From: Spirochaetales bacterium | GTDB taxonomy: Bacteria > Spirochaetota > Spirochaetia > Treponematales > UBA12059 | Direction of reading: 5' to 3' | DNA: 64,000 bases | NCBI GenBank assembly: GCA_016928955.1 | Contig: JAFGJV010000004.1 | Location: 323,736-387,735, forward strand | Shown: positions 1 through 8,672 of the stretch, piece by piece | Layout of the letters: each line of letters opens with the position of its first letter | Position numbering within the stretch: the first letter of the stretch is position 1 | Notes under the pieces: generated by a model | What the model saw: only the letters and a program-made list of their open reading frames with translations | What the model was told of the DNA's origin: nothing | Database searches by the model: none | Made by a program: the position numbers and the translations under genes

Positions 1-86
1 TGTGCGGAGCCTGTTCCTACGTGTGCTGGTCCAGGATACCTCTTGTCAGGAATTTCCAGATATTCATGTCGCAAGGAAAACTATGA
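1..86 (+). CDS. rnfC: 3' end of RnfC/RsxC electron transport subunit (partial)
   Basis: Frame from base 3 reads CGACSYVCWSRIPLVRNFQIFMSQGKL*, matching the C-terminal CGxCSYVCPSxIPL ferredoxin motif of RnfC. Its TGA (84-86) overlaps the rnfD ATG. Confidence 0.8.
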   Translation, partial: CGACSYVCWSRIPLVRNFQIFMSQGKL

Positions 87-1180
87 GCGCTACCGCAAGC
101 CAGGGCATATCCATCCATCCTCCCCACATCCACGACTGGCGCTCCACGTCCCGCGTTACCTGGCTGTGCGGCATCTCGCTGGTCCCCGTTGTGGCGTGGT
201 CCGCGGCCCTGTATGGCTGGCCGGCCATCACCGTGTGGCTGGCGTCCGTCGCCGCGGCCGTCCTGTCGCAGCTGGCGGTGGACGCCTTGCGCCACAGGCT
301 GAGCCTGGCGGACGGCAGCGCTGTCCTGACGGGCCTCCTGGTCGCCACGGCCATGCCGCCGGGTATCGCTCCCCACGTGCCGGCAGCGGCCTCCGCCTTT
401 GCCGTTATCATCGTAAAAGGAGTATTCGGCGGGCAGGGCTCAAACTGGATGAACCCCGCGCTCGGCGGCATAGCCTTTGCCTACGCCAACTGGCCTGGCG
501 CCATGCGCGAATTCATCATGCCGCGCATGCTGTCCGGGGTTGACGGACTCTCGGCGTCCACGCCCCTTGCTTTTGCCAAGGACCTGGCGTCGTCTGGATC
601 TGCCAGGATCATGGACACCATCCACCAGGCCGGCTATCCGGTATCCGCCCTGGACACATCCGTGACCAATGTACTCAACGGCTCCCTGTTCGAACATCTG
701 GGGGCTCGCCTGCCAGACGGATACGTGGACATACTCCTTGGGTTCAGGCCGGGAGCCCTGGGCGAAAGCGCCCTCTTCCTGGTGCTCCTGGGATCGGTTT
801 TCCTGCTATCGCTCAGGCTCATTAAAGCCGAGATACCTGTGGCCATGCTGGTCGTCTTCGCCCTCCTGTCCAAGCTGTTCGGCACCGGCCTTCCTGGTGA
901 AGCCGTGTACGGCGGAGACGCCCTGTTTGCCCTCGGAGGAGGCGGAGTCCTTATTGTGGCGTTTTATATGGCCACCGACCCTGTCACATCCCCGGCCAGC
1001 CGTTTCCTTGCCCTGTTCTACGGTGCGCTGATCGGGACCCTGAGCTACCTGTTCCGGCGCTGGGGCGGCCACCCGGAGGGCGTGGCCTATGCGGTACTGA
1101 TTGCCAACGTGGTCATGCCGACCCTGGAGCGGCGGGTTGATCCCCTGTTCCGCGGCCTGGCACGCCGGAGGCCGGCATGA
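83..1180 (+). CDS. rnfD: RnfD/RsxD membrane subunit
   Basis: PPHIH, DGSAVLTGLL, KGVFGGQGSNWMNPA, DGLSASTPL (FMN-Thr region), GALGES, FYMATDPVTSP and PEGVAYAVLIAN motifs. ATG at 83 with AAGGA upstream. Confidence 0.93.
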   Translation: MSATASQGISIHPPHIHDWRSTSRVTWLCGISLVPVVAWSAALYGWPAITVWLASVAAAVLSQLAVDALRHRLSLADGSAVLTGLLVATAMPPGIAPHVPAAASAFAVIIVKGVFGGQGSNWMNPALGGIAFAYANWPGAMREFIMPRMLSGVDGLSASTPLAFAKDLASSGSARIMDTIHQAGYPVSALDTSVTNVLNGSLFEHLGARLPDGYVDILLGFRPGALGESALFLVLLGSVFLLSLRLIKAEIPVAMLVVFALLSKLFGTGLPGEAVYGGDALFALGGGGVLIVAFYMATDPVTSPASRFLALFYGALIGTLSYLFRRWGGHPEGVAYAVLIANVVMPTLERRVDPLFRGLARRRPA

Positions 1181-1659
1181 ACACCCGCGCTACCGTATGG
1201 CCGCTGGCCATAGCCCTGGCGTGCCTTTTTATCCTGGGGCTTGGCGCCGGCTTTCTGTCAAACTACGCCGCGTCGAGCTCGGCTGAGAGCTTTCTCAGGA
1301 TGCTGGAGCCGGAGGCCGGAACGGACGCCGCATGGGAAACGCTCAGGGACGGCGCCTTGATAGGCAGGGCCGTATCGGGCAGGGGACAGGCCGTCTATCT
1401 GGCAAACGTGGGCTTTCCCGGAGGTAGCGTCCAGGCCGCCATCCAGACGAACCTGGACGGCAGGCCGCTGTCCAGCCGCGTTGTTTCCGTTCGAGGCGCT
1501 TCCAGTTACGCGCTCAGGCTGTCCGCCCTGATTCGTGAGCTTGGCTCCGGCTCTGATTCCGGGTATTCGCCCCTGGACTCGTCGCTGGAACCGACCCTGG
1601 CCGATCTTATGCGGAACCTGGCGGACGCCGAGCGTTCAAGAAAGGCGGCGCGGCAATGA
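1177..1659 (+). CDS. RnfG-position membrane-anchored protein, highly diverged, with no SGAT FMN motif
   Basis: N-terminal TM helix. Lies between rnfD and the rnfE-like gene with 4-nt overlaps at both ends. Confidence 0.55.
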   Translation: MNTRATVWPLAIALACLFILGLGAGFLSNYAASSSAESFLRMLEPEAGTDAAWETLRDGALIGRAVSGRGQAVYLANVGFPGGSVQAAIQTNLDGRPLSSRVVSVRGASSYALRLSALIRELGSGSDSGYSPLDSSLEPTLADLMRNLADAERSRKAARQ

Positions 1660-2225
1660 GAACTGACTCCCGGCTCACCCTGGCCCTCGCGGGACTCGCG
1701 CCCCTGTTCATGGCCTCGGACAGCTTGTACGCCGGCATGATGGCCGGCGGAGCCTTTTTGACCGCCCATGTCTTGGCTTCCGGGTTTTCCCTCCTGTCAC
1801 ACCCAGAACTCAAGCGGGGCCAGGTATTCATGATAGCCATGCTCGGCGCGGCCGCGGGCGTGGGCCTTTTCGCGTCCGTGGCCAGGGTACTGGACCCGCT
1901 TCTGTTCGAACTGCTCAGGCACCGCGTGTACGCCGCTCCCTTCCTGGCTCCCGTGGTCGCTGCCGCCCACGTGCCTTTTGGCCAGCCTGAACGGGAACGG
2001 GGCTGGGAAAACATCGTGTTGGGCCTGGCCCTGAGCGTCAGCCTTGCGGTGTTCGGCGCAGTCCGCGAATTCCTCGCCACGGCCACGGCACCGGGCTCGA
2101 ACCATGACGGTATGAGTGCTTTTATTCCGATGGCCATCCAGCCCGCCGGAGCGTTCATCCTCCTGGGCATGATAACGGCGGCCGTGCAGGCCTTGGGCCG
2201 TATCAAACGGAGGGTAGGGTCGTGA
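1656..2225 (+). CDS. rnfE: RnfE/RsxE-like membrane subunit (diverged)
   Basis: Hydrophobic protein with GAVREFL and PAGAFILLG motifs typical of RnfE. Contains no Cys. Confidence 0.75.
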   Translation: MRTDSRLTLALAGLAPLFMASDSLYAGMMAGGAFLTAHVLASGFSLLSHPELKRGQVFMIAMLGAAAGVGLFASVARVLDPLLFELLRHRVYAAPFLAPVVAAAHVPFGQPERERGWENIVLGLALSVSLAVFGAVREFLATATAPGSNHDGMSAFIPMAIQPAGAFILLGMITAAVQALGRIKRRVGS

Positions 2226-2806
2226 ACGCCATACAACTGAGTTTTTACCTGGTCTTCGGCGGCAATATTCTCATCACATGGGGCATCCTGCCCGGCGGAA
2301 AGCGCGTCCGTGGCGGCAACGCGCCTGGCTGGAAGGACGCGGTCTTTCTGCTTGTGGCCGCGGTCCTGTCCAGCCTGGTCTATGACCTTCTTGCCCGGGC
2401 CGTCCTGCATCCTCTGGGAGTCGAAGCGCTGGGCCCGGTGGTCTTTGCCTGCATCCTGTTCGGCATCCACGGGCTCAGACTGCTTGCTTTCAAGGTTCTA
2501 TCCGGCGCGCAGGAGTCCGACGAGGGCAGGGGCGCGGTTTCCTGGGCGTTCGTGCTGTACGCTACTGCGGCCACCGCCGGTTCAGCCTTTGACTCGGCAG
2601 GCCAATTGGCCATGTCCGGCGCGGCAGCGGCCTTTGGCTACCTGGCCGCGTCCCTTTTCCTTGAGGATATCGTTGAGCGATCAGAGCTCGAGCCAGTTCC
2701 GGAAGCCTTTCAGGGCATACCCGTGCGCTTGGTGAGCGCCGGCTTGGTGGCCTTGGCCTTCTCCGGGGCTGATTTCTCCTTTTTCTCGTCATTTATCGGG
2801 AAATAA
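2222..2806 (+). CDS. rnfA: RnfA/RsxA-like membrane subunit (diverged)
   Basis: C-terminal VPEAFQGIPVRLVSAGLVALAFSG matches the RnfA VPxxFxGxPIxLIxAGLMALAFxG motif. Confidence 0.78.
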   Translation: MNAIQLSFYLVFGGNILITWGILPGGKRVRGGNAPGWKDAVFLLVAAVLSSLVYDLLARAVLHPLGVEALGPVVFACILFGIHGLRLLAFKVLSGAQESDEGRGAVSWAFVLYATAATAGSAFDSAGQLAMSGAAAAFGYLAASLFLEDIVERSELEPVPEAFQGIPVRLVSAGLVALAFSGADFSFFSSFIGK

Positions 2807-2862
2807 GGCAAACAGTCAGGAAGATTTACAGCTTTCTCCTTTCCCCGGAGACGGAATCAGGC

Positions 2863-2868
2863 TATAAT
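2863..2868 (+). promoter_or_regulatory. -10 box (TATAAT) upstream of the GH57 gene
   Basis: Perfect TATAAT in a GC-rich intergenic region. The -35 box is weak. Confidence 0.45.
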
Positions 2869-2956
2869 GACCCGACGCCGGTGTCCGGACAACCGCTGTG
2901 GCGCTCATCCGCGCCGGTGACGGCTTCCGCGCGCGGCCAATAAGGACCACGAGAGA

Positions 2957-4873
2957 ATGCTAAAAACATATCTGGTACTTGGCATGTATAACCATCTTCC
3001 CGAAGGTTTCCCGGAAGCCGAGGCCGAGGCCATCTATCAAAGCTGCTACCGTCCCTTTCTCTCCGTGCTCAACCGCTTCCCCGAGATCCAGGCAACCTTG
3101 TTTTTTTCCGGCAGTCTGCTCAAGCGCCTAGAGGCCAGACATCCGGAATACCTAATGCTCCTTGAGGAGATGACGGGCCGCAGGCAGATAGAGCTGCTTG
3201 GCGGGGGTTTCCACGCGCCCATACTACCCCTGGTTCCGAATTCGGACAGGCTCGGCCAGGTCGAACAGCTGACCACGTATCTCAGGAAATTCTTCGGTAA
3301 GCGCCCGCGGGGCGCGTGGCTTTCTGAATTTGCCTGGGAACCCTGGCTGGCGTCCACGCTCCAAGCGTGCGGCATGGACTATACCTTCCTCTCCGAGCCC
3401 CAATTTGCGGCTGCCGTGGGCCAGGAGACCCGGTTTGAGCCTGTGGTCACGGAAGACCAGGGACGCTGTATCACTGTTTTTCCCGCCACCGACCTTGCGA
3501 CCCTGCCCGGCAAGCCCCTGAGCCTTGAACAGGGCGGGGAGACGCTGGCCGCACGGGGTACCGGACTGGGCGTACTCATGATGCAGGGAGAAAGCATCAG
3601 GTCGCAATGGTCCAGGTCGGGTCTCGAGTCGCCCGATATCTACCTGGAACGCGTGTTTGCCTGGTTCCGCAAAAACACGCTGGAGATAGAGACGACCACG
3701 CCATCCCGCTACCTGAAGACCAGCCGGCCCTACCGGCGGGCGTACTTTCCAGGCTCGGCCTCCCGCGCTTTTTCAGCAGCCTGCCTTCCTTCAGGCAACC
3801 ACGAACAGGCAGTCCAGCCACCCAGCCTCCGCTCTGCCGTGCTCCGGAGCGCGGCCAGTTCAGCCCTGTATTCCCGGATGCACTGGGTACAGCTACTCAT
3901 CGGGCAGCTGCGTGGCGACCGGTCGCGCAAAAAAACGGCCACGGAAGACCTCTGGAGGGGCCAGTGCGGCGACGCGTACTGGCCGGCCCCGTCTGGGGGC
4001 ATCGTGCTCCCCAGCGTCCGGCAGGCGGCCTACCGCGCGCTCATGGACGCCGAGCAGACAACGCGTAGCAAGGCCAGCTTCAAACCCGGCATACTCAGGG
4101 CCGATACGGATTTTGACGGGGCCAAGGAACTGGTATACCAGGGCACGGAGCTCAACGCCTTTGTGCACAAACGCGGCGGCGCCTTGGTCGGCATGGAAAC
4201 CGTTAAATCCAAGCGCAATGTCCTGGATCTGTACTGCCCCGAACCGGACGGTGACCGGGCCCACCGCCACGCCTTCTTGGACCGTACCTACCTGTCAGCG
4301 CCAGGCACGTCCTGGGCAAGGGAGCCGTGGAAAGCAGACGCGGGCACGTTTTCCCGTCATGCCTTTGAGGAACTGCAGAGCCTTGCCAATTCGAGCAGCC
4401 TGACCCTGTACAGGGAGGATGTGGTTGGCACCAGCCAGGCGCGGAGGATGCTCGGGCTCAAGAAAACGTACAGTTTCCACAAAAAAACAGCCAGGGCGTC
4501 ATACGAGCTGTCCAACAAATCGGACGCGCGTTTTTCGTTCTGGCTGGGCGTGGAATTCAACGTAGCCGTGCTGCCGGACGAGCTTTCCGCCCTGACCCTG
4601 GACGGCACCAAGGTGGACGCCGCCCTCGCGCACGCGCAAAAGGGCGCAGCCCTGGGCGAAGCCCAGGGCTTTGCCTACCGCTGCGAGGACGAGGCCCGCT
4701 CCGTCGCCGTCCACGCCTCAAAAAAGGCCAACGCCCTTGCAGCGGGCGTCAGCGCCGAGCTGGCCGACGGTGTCCAGGTTGCCCAGGGGTCATGCCTGCT
4801 CCTGTGGTGGAAGATCGACCTTGAGCCGGATGGATTGTGGTCCATGGACATCAACGTGAGCTGCGGCGAATGA
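2957..4873 (+). CDS. Glycoside hydrolase family 57 (alpha-amylase/4-alpha-glucanotransferase-like, DUF1925/DUF1926-type C-terminus)
   Basis: YNHLP, IYQSCYRPFL, QIELLGGGFHAPILP, PRGAWLSEFAWEP, QCGDAYW and DTDFDG motifs. Confidence 0.85.
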   Translation: MLKTYLVLGMYNHLPEGFPEAEAEAIYQSCYRPFLSVLNRFPEIQATLFFSGSLLKRLEARHPEYLMLLEEMTGRRQIELLGGGFHAPILPLVPNSDRLGQVEQLTTYLRKFFGKRPRGAWLSEFAWEPWLASTLQACGMDYTFLSEPQFAAAVGQETRFEPVVTEDQGRCITVFPATDLATLPGKPLSLEQGGETLAARGTGLGVLMMQGESIRSQWSRSGLESPDIYLERVFAWFRKNTLEIETTTPSRYLKTSRPYRRAYFPGSASRAFSAACLPSGNHEQAVQPPSLRSAVLRSAASSALYSRMHWVQLLIGQLRGDRSRKKTATEDLWRGQCGDAYWPAPSGGIVLPSVRQAAYRALMDAEQTTRSKASFKPGILRADTDFDGAKELVYQGTELNAFVHKRGGALVGMETVKSKRNVLDLYCPEPDGDRAHRHAFLDRTYLSAPGTSWAREPWKADAGTFSRHAFEELQSLANSSSLTLYREDVVGTSQARRMLGLKKTYSFHKKTARASYELSNKSDARFSFWLGVEFNVAVLPDELSALTLDGTKVDAALAHAQKGAALGEAQGFAYRCEDEARSVAVHASKKANALAAGVSAELADGVQVAQGSCLLLWWKIDLEPDGLWSMDINVSCGE

Positions 4874-4911
4874 CCGTTCCCGGCGTGGTATCTGCTCCGA
4901 CCAGCGCTTCG

Positions 4912-4947
4912 TTGCGCCGTAGCCCGCAAATAGGCTAGACTGCGTGC
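4912..4947 (+). promoter_or_regulatory. Putative leaderless sigma70 promoter of murC
   Basis: TTGCGC-18-TAGACT, then 6 nt to the ATG. No Shine-Dalgarno. Confidence 0.5.
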
Positions 4948-6402
4948 ATGGCTGACTTCATGTTTCCGGCCAAGCTGGCCGGACTCCGCGTTCATCTTGT
5001 GGGGGCCAAGGGCACGGGAATGTGCGCCCTTGCCGAGTTCTTGTCGGCGCGGGGAGCGCTGCTCAGCGGTTCAGACGTGCAGGATTCGTTCTACACCGAT
5101 ACCATGCTTGCCGCCCTTGGCGTGCGGGTAACGGAATTCTCCGCCACTGCCATCACGCCTGATCTTGACTTGGTCGTGCACTCGCTGGCCTACCAGCCCG
5201 ATTCCCACCCGGAACTGGTCAGGGCCCGGGAAATCGGCCTTCCCATAGCCACCTATCCGGAAGCACTTGGGGCGCTCTCCCGTCTCCAGGATTCGTCGGG
5301 TATCTGCGGCGTCCATGGCAAGACCACGACCACGGCCATGGCAGGCGCCCTTGCCGCGGCGTCGGGCCTGTCCGTGACAACCATCGCCGGCAGCGCCGTG
5401 TCCAGCTTTGGCGGCCATTCCATCCTGAGCTCTGGCGACAGGCACCTGATAGCCGAAACCTGCGAATACCGCAGAAGCTTCCTCAACTTTTCGCCCGCCA
5501 GGGTACTCCTTACCAGCGTGGAGCCCGACCATCAGGACTACTATCCCGATTACGAAGCCATCCGGACAGCCTTTATCGAGTACCTGTCACGCCTCCCTCA
5601 CGGCGCTCCCATCATATACTGCGCGGACGACGCGGGCGCTGTGGACACCGTGCGCATGGTTTCCCGTTCACGGCCAGATCTCAAGCCGGTACCGTACGGT
5701 TTTTCCGCTTCCGGCCCCTTCCGACTGTCGGCTTTCCAGGTCAGGGGCGAAAGTTCCTGGTTCAACCTGGACGCGGACCCGGGCGTTTTCAGCCTCCGCG
5801 TGCCGGGCAGGCACCTGGCCCTGGACGCGGCTGGCGCGCTCGCCCTGTGCGCGTCGATCATTGAGGATGAAGGCCGTGTTCCCGGTCCGGATTTCTACCA
5901 GTCCGCGCGGCTGGCCCTGTCCGAGTTCCGTGGATCAAAACGCCGCGCCGAGATTCTGGGCGAGGCGGGCGGCATTCTTTTCATGGACGACTACGCCCAC
6001 CACCCGAGCGCCATACGCCTCACGCTCAAAGGTCTCCGGGAATTCTACCCAAACAGGCGCCTGGTTGTGGATTTCATGTCGCACACGTATTCCCGCACCA
6101 AAGCCCTGTTTGACGACTTTGCGTCCGCTTTTTCGGACGCCCACCTGGTTATAGCCCACCGCATATACGCGTCCGCCCGCGAGGAACCCGATCCAACAGT
6201 GAGCGGGGAACTGCTGGCCGATGCCATGTCCAGAGCCGGCACCGATGCCGTGTACCTGGACAGCCACGAGGACGCGGCGGACCGTGTAACCGGGCTCCTC
6301 AAGCCGGGCGACCTTTTTTTGACCATGGGCGCAGGCGACAACTGGAAACTCGGCGCTGAGCTTTTCAAGCGCCTGTCAAACGCAAAGGACGCCCGACCAT
6401 GA
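4948..6402 (+). CDS. murC: UDP-N-acetylmuramate--L-alanine ligase
   Basis: HLVGAKGTGM, GVHGKTTTT, ETCEY, DDYAHHP, HTYSRT and LTMGAGD motifs. Confidence 0.95.
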   Translation: MADFMFPAKLAGLRVHLVGAKGTGMCALAEFLSARGALLSGSDVQDSFYTDTMLAALGVRVTEFSATAITPDLDLVVHSLAYQPDSHPELVRAREIGLPIATYPEALGALSRLQDSSGICGVHGKTTTTAMAGALAAASGLSVTTIAGSAVSSFGGHSILSSGDRHLIAETCEYRRSFLNFSPARVLLTSVEPDHQDYYPDYEAIRTAFIEYLSRLPHGAPIIYCADDAGAVDTVRMVSRSRPDLKPVPYGFSASGPFRLSAFQVRGESSWFNLDADPGVFSLRVPGRHLALDAAGALALCASIIEDEGRVPGPDFYQSARLALSEFRGSKRRAEILGEAGGILFMDDYAHHPSAIRLTLKGLREFYPNRRLVVDFMSHTYSRTKALFDDFASAFSDAHLVIAHRIYASAREEPDPTVSGELLADAMSRAGTDAVYLDSHEDAADRVTGLLKPGDLFLTMGAGDNWKLGAELFKRLSNAKDARP

Positions 6403-7262
6403 AAAGCATGACCGGCTTCGGATCTGCCCGCGTAGCCACACCCAAGCTCAAGGCGGAAATCACCCTCAGAAGCCTCAACAACCGCTATCTGGACCTGTCG
6501 GTTCAGCTCCCCTCATCCCTTTTGTCCCTGGAAAAACGGATACGCGACGCGGTGTCCGAACGGGTCAGGCGCGGGAAAGTCGAGCTCGGAATACGACTGA
6601 CCGGCAGTGAGGCGCCGTCCTTTGCCCGTGCCGACCAGGACGCGGCTAGAGCCGCCGCTCAAGCCCTCAGGGAGCTGGCTCAGGCGGCCGGACTGCGAGA
6701 AGAGCCCGGCCTGTCCCACCTTATGGCCGTTGAGGGCGTGCTTCTGTACGACCGGGGCCTTGATCCTGAAGAACTGTGGACCGGCCTGGAACCGGGCATC
6801 AGGGCCTGCCTAGACGACTTCGACGCGGACCGCGCGCGGGAAGGGCAGTCTGCCCGCGCCGACATGGACAGGCAGTTGGCGGTCGTCGAGGCGTCGCTCG
6901 GCCTGATAGCCGAACGGGCGGGCGAGCTGGAATCCTTCATCGTCAAAGACCTCCGTGCGCGCTTTGTCCAGGTGATGGGCGACCTTGCCGACGAGGCCCG
7001 CATCCTGTCGGAAACTGCCGCCTACCTGGCCAAGCACACCATCAACGAGGAACTGGTGCGCCTGCGCGCCCACCTGGACGCCTTCCGCGCGGCCATGGAC
7101 GACGATCAGTGCGGCAAGAAGCTGGATTTCATCTGCCAGGAGCTCAACCGAGAAGCCAACACCATAGGCTCGAAAAGCGCCCAGGTCGAGGTGTCCCAGT
7201 CAGTGATCCGGCTCAAGGACGCCATTGAGAACATACGCGAACAGGTGAGGAACGTCGAATGA
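6399..7262 (+). CDS. yicC: YicC/YloC family endoribonuclease
   Basis: MKSMTGFG start, NNRYLD, GKKLDFICQELNREANTIGSK, and IREQVRNVE end. Confidence 0.95.
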   Translation: MKSMTGFGSARVATPKLKAEITLRSLNNRYLDLSVQLPSSLLSLEKRIRDAVSERVRRGKVELGIRLTGSEAPSFARADQDAARAAAQALRELAQAAGLREEPGLSHLMAVEGVLLYDRGLDPEELWTGLEPGIRACLDDFDADRAREGQSARADMDRQLAVVEASLGLIAERAGELESFIVKDLRARFVQVMGDLADEARILSETAAYLAKHTINEELVRLRAHLDAFRAAMDDDQCGKKLDFICQELNREANTIGSKSAQVEVSQSVIRLKDAIENIREQVRNVE

Positions 7263-7813
7263 GCGTGACGAACGCGGATGGCCCCACGGGCCTTCCACAC
7301 ATCATAGCCATATCGGGCAAGAGCGGCTGCGGCAATTCCACCGTGTCCCGTCTCTTGGCCGAGCGGCTCGGGCGCACCCTGGTGAATTACACCTTCCGCA
7401 GCATGGCCGACGAACTGGAGATGCCTTTTGAGCGTCTTCTCGAGCTTGCCTCCGGCGACCCGTCCTACGACCGCACGCTGGACGAACGCCAGGTGGCCAT
7501 GGCCCACGAGCGGGACTGCGTGATAGGCTCCCGCCTGGCCATCTGGCTGGTGCGCGACGCCAGGCTCAAGGTATACCTGCACGCGTCCCCAGAGGTACGG
7601 GCCGAGCGCATACGCAAGCGCGAGGGCGGGGACCCGGCCACCGTGCTTGAATTTACCCGGCGCAGGGACCTTGTGGACCGGGAACGCTACCTTTCCCTGT
7701 ACGGCATAGACAACGACCGTTACGACTTTGCCGACCTGGTCATCAACACGGAGCGGATGGATCCCGAGCGCATCGTCAACGTCCTGGTCGCCGCTGTTGA
7801 AAGGATGGTCTAA
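7259..7813 (+). CDS. Cytidylate kinase-like protein (short, archaeal-type Cmk family)
   Basis: IAISGKSGCGNST P-loop, SRLAIW, RAERIRKREG and RYLSLYGID motifs. Confidence 0.85.
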   Translation: MSVTNADGPTGLPHIIAISGKSGCGNSTVSRLLAERLGRTLVNYTFRSMADELEMPFERLLELASGDPSYDRTLDERQVAMAHERDCVIGSRLAIWLVRDARLKVYLHASPEVRAERIRKREGGDPATVLEFTRRRDLVDRERYLSLYGIDNDRYDFADLVINTERMDPERIVNVLVAAVERMV

Positions 7814-7816
7814 ACT

Positions 7817-8662
7817 ATGGCAGATACACGCAAACGCGTCGTCCTGGTCACGGGAGCGTCCAGCGGCATAGGCAACAGCACGGCCACCTACCTTGCCAAG
7901 AAGGGCTACAAGGTGTACGGGACAAGCCGGGCGCCGGACAGCCGGCCGCGGCGCGCTGACGAATTCTTCGAGCTCGTTAAAATGGACACCCAAAACAGCG
8001 ACTCGGTCAGGAAGGCCCTGGACGGCATACTCAGCGCGGAGGGCCGGCTTGACGCCCTGATATGCAACGCCGGCATGGGCATATCGGGTCCCGTCGAGGA
8101 AACACCGATTGACGACGTGATCCGCCAGATGGACGTCAACTTTGTCGGCACGGTACGAACCATCCAGGCCGTCCTTCCGTCCATGCGGGTAGCCGGAGGC
8201 GGCACCATCCTGGTGCTCAGCTCGATCATGGGCAAGGTGGCGCTCCCGTTCCAGTCCTTCTACACGGCCAGCAAATTTGCCCTGGAAGGCTTCATGGAAG
8301 GCCTCCGGATGGAAACCAGGCGCTTTGGCATACGGGCAGCGCTCATAGAACCGGGCGACTTCAGGACGGGCTTCACGGCCTCCCGGCGCAAGGCCGAATT
8401 GGCCGAAGGGAGTCCTTACGGTCCATGGGTGAATTCGGCCCTTGGCATAGCGGAGCACGACGAGCAGAACGGAGCGGATCCCATACTCATAGCCCGCCTG
8501 GCCCACAGGCTGATACAGGCCCGGTCGCTCAAGGCCCGCTACACGGTCGGCCCGTTTGCCCAGCGCGCGCTGATAGCGCTCAGGCCCTTCCTGCCGGACG
8601 CATTGGTTGAATTCGGGGTTATGGCCATGTACGGCCAGCTGGGCAAAAAACCTCAACCCTGA
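7817..8662 (+). CDS. Short-chain dehydrogenase/reductase (SDR)
   Basis: TGASSGIG, CNAG, YTASK catalytic motif and IEPG. Confidence 0.92.
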   Translation: MADTRKRVVLVTGASSGIGNSTATYLAKKGYKVYGTSRAPDSRPRRADEFFELVKMDTQNSDSVRKALDGILSAEGRLDALICNAGMGISGPVEETPIDDVIRQMDVNFVGTVRTIQAVLPSMRVAGGGTILVLSSIMGKVALPFQSFYTASKFALEGFMEGLRMETRRFGIRAALIEPGDFRTGFTASRRKAELAEGSPYGPWVNSALGIAEHDEQNGADPILIARLAHRLIQARSLKARYTVGPFAQRALIALRPFLPDALVEFGVMAMYGQLGKKPQP

Positions 8663-8672
8663 ACGGCGGCTT

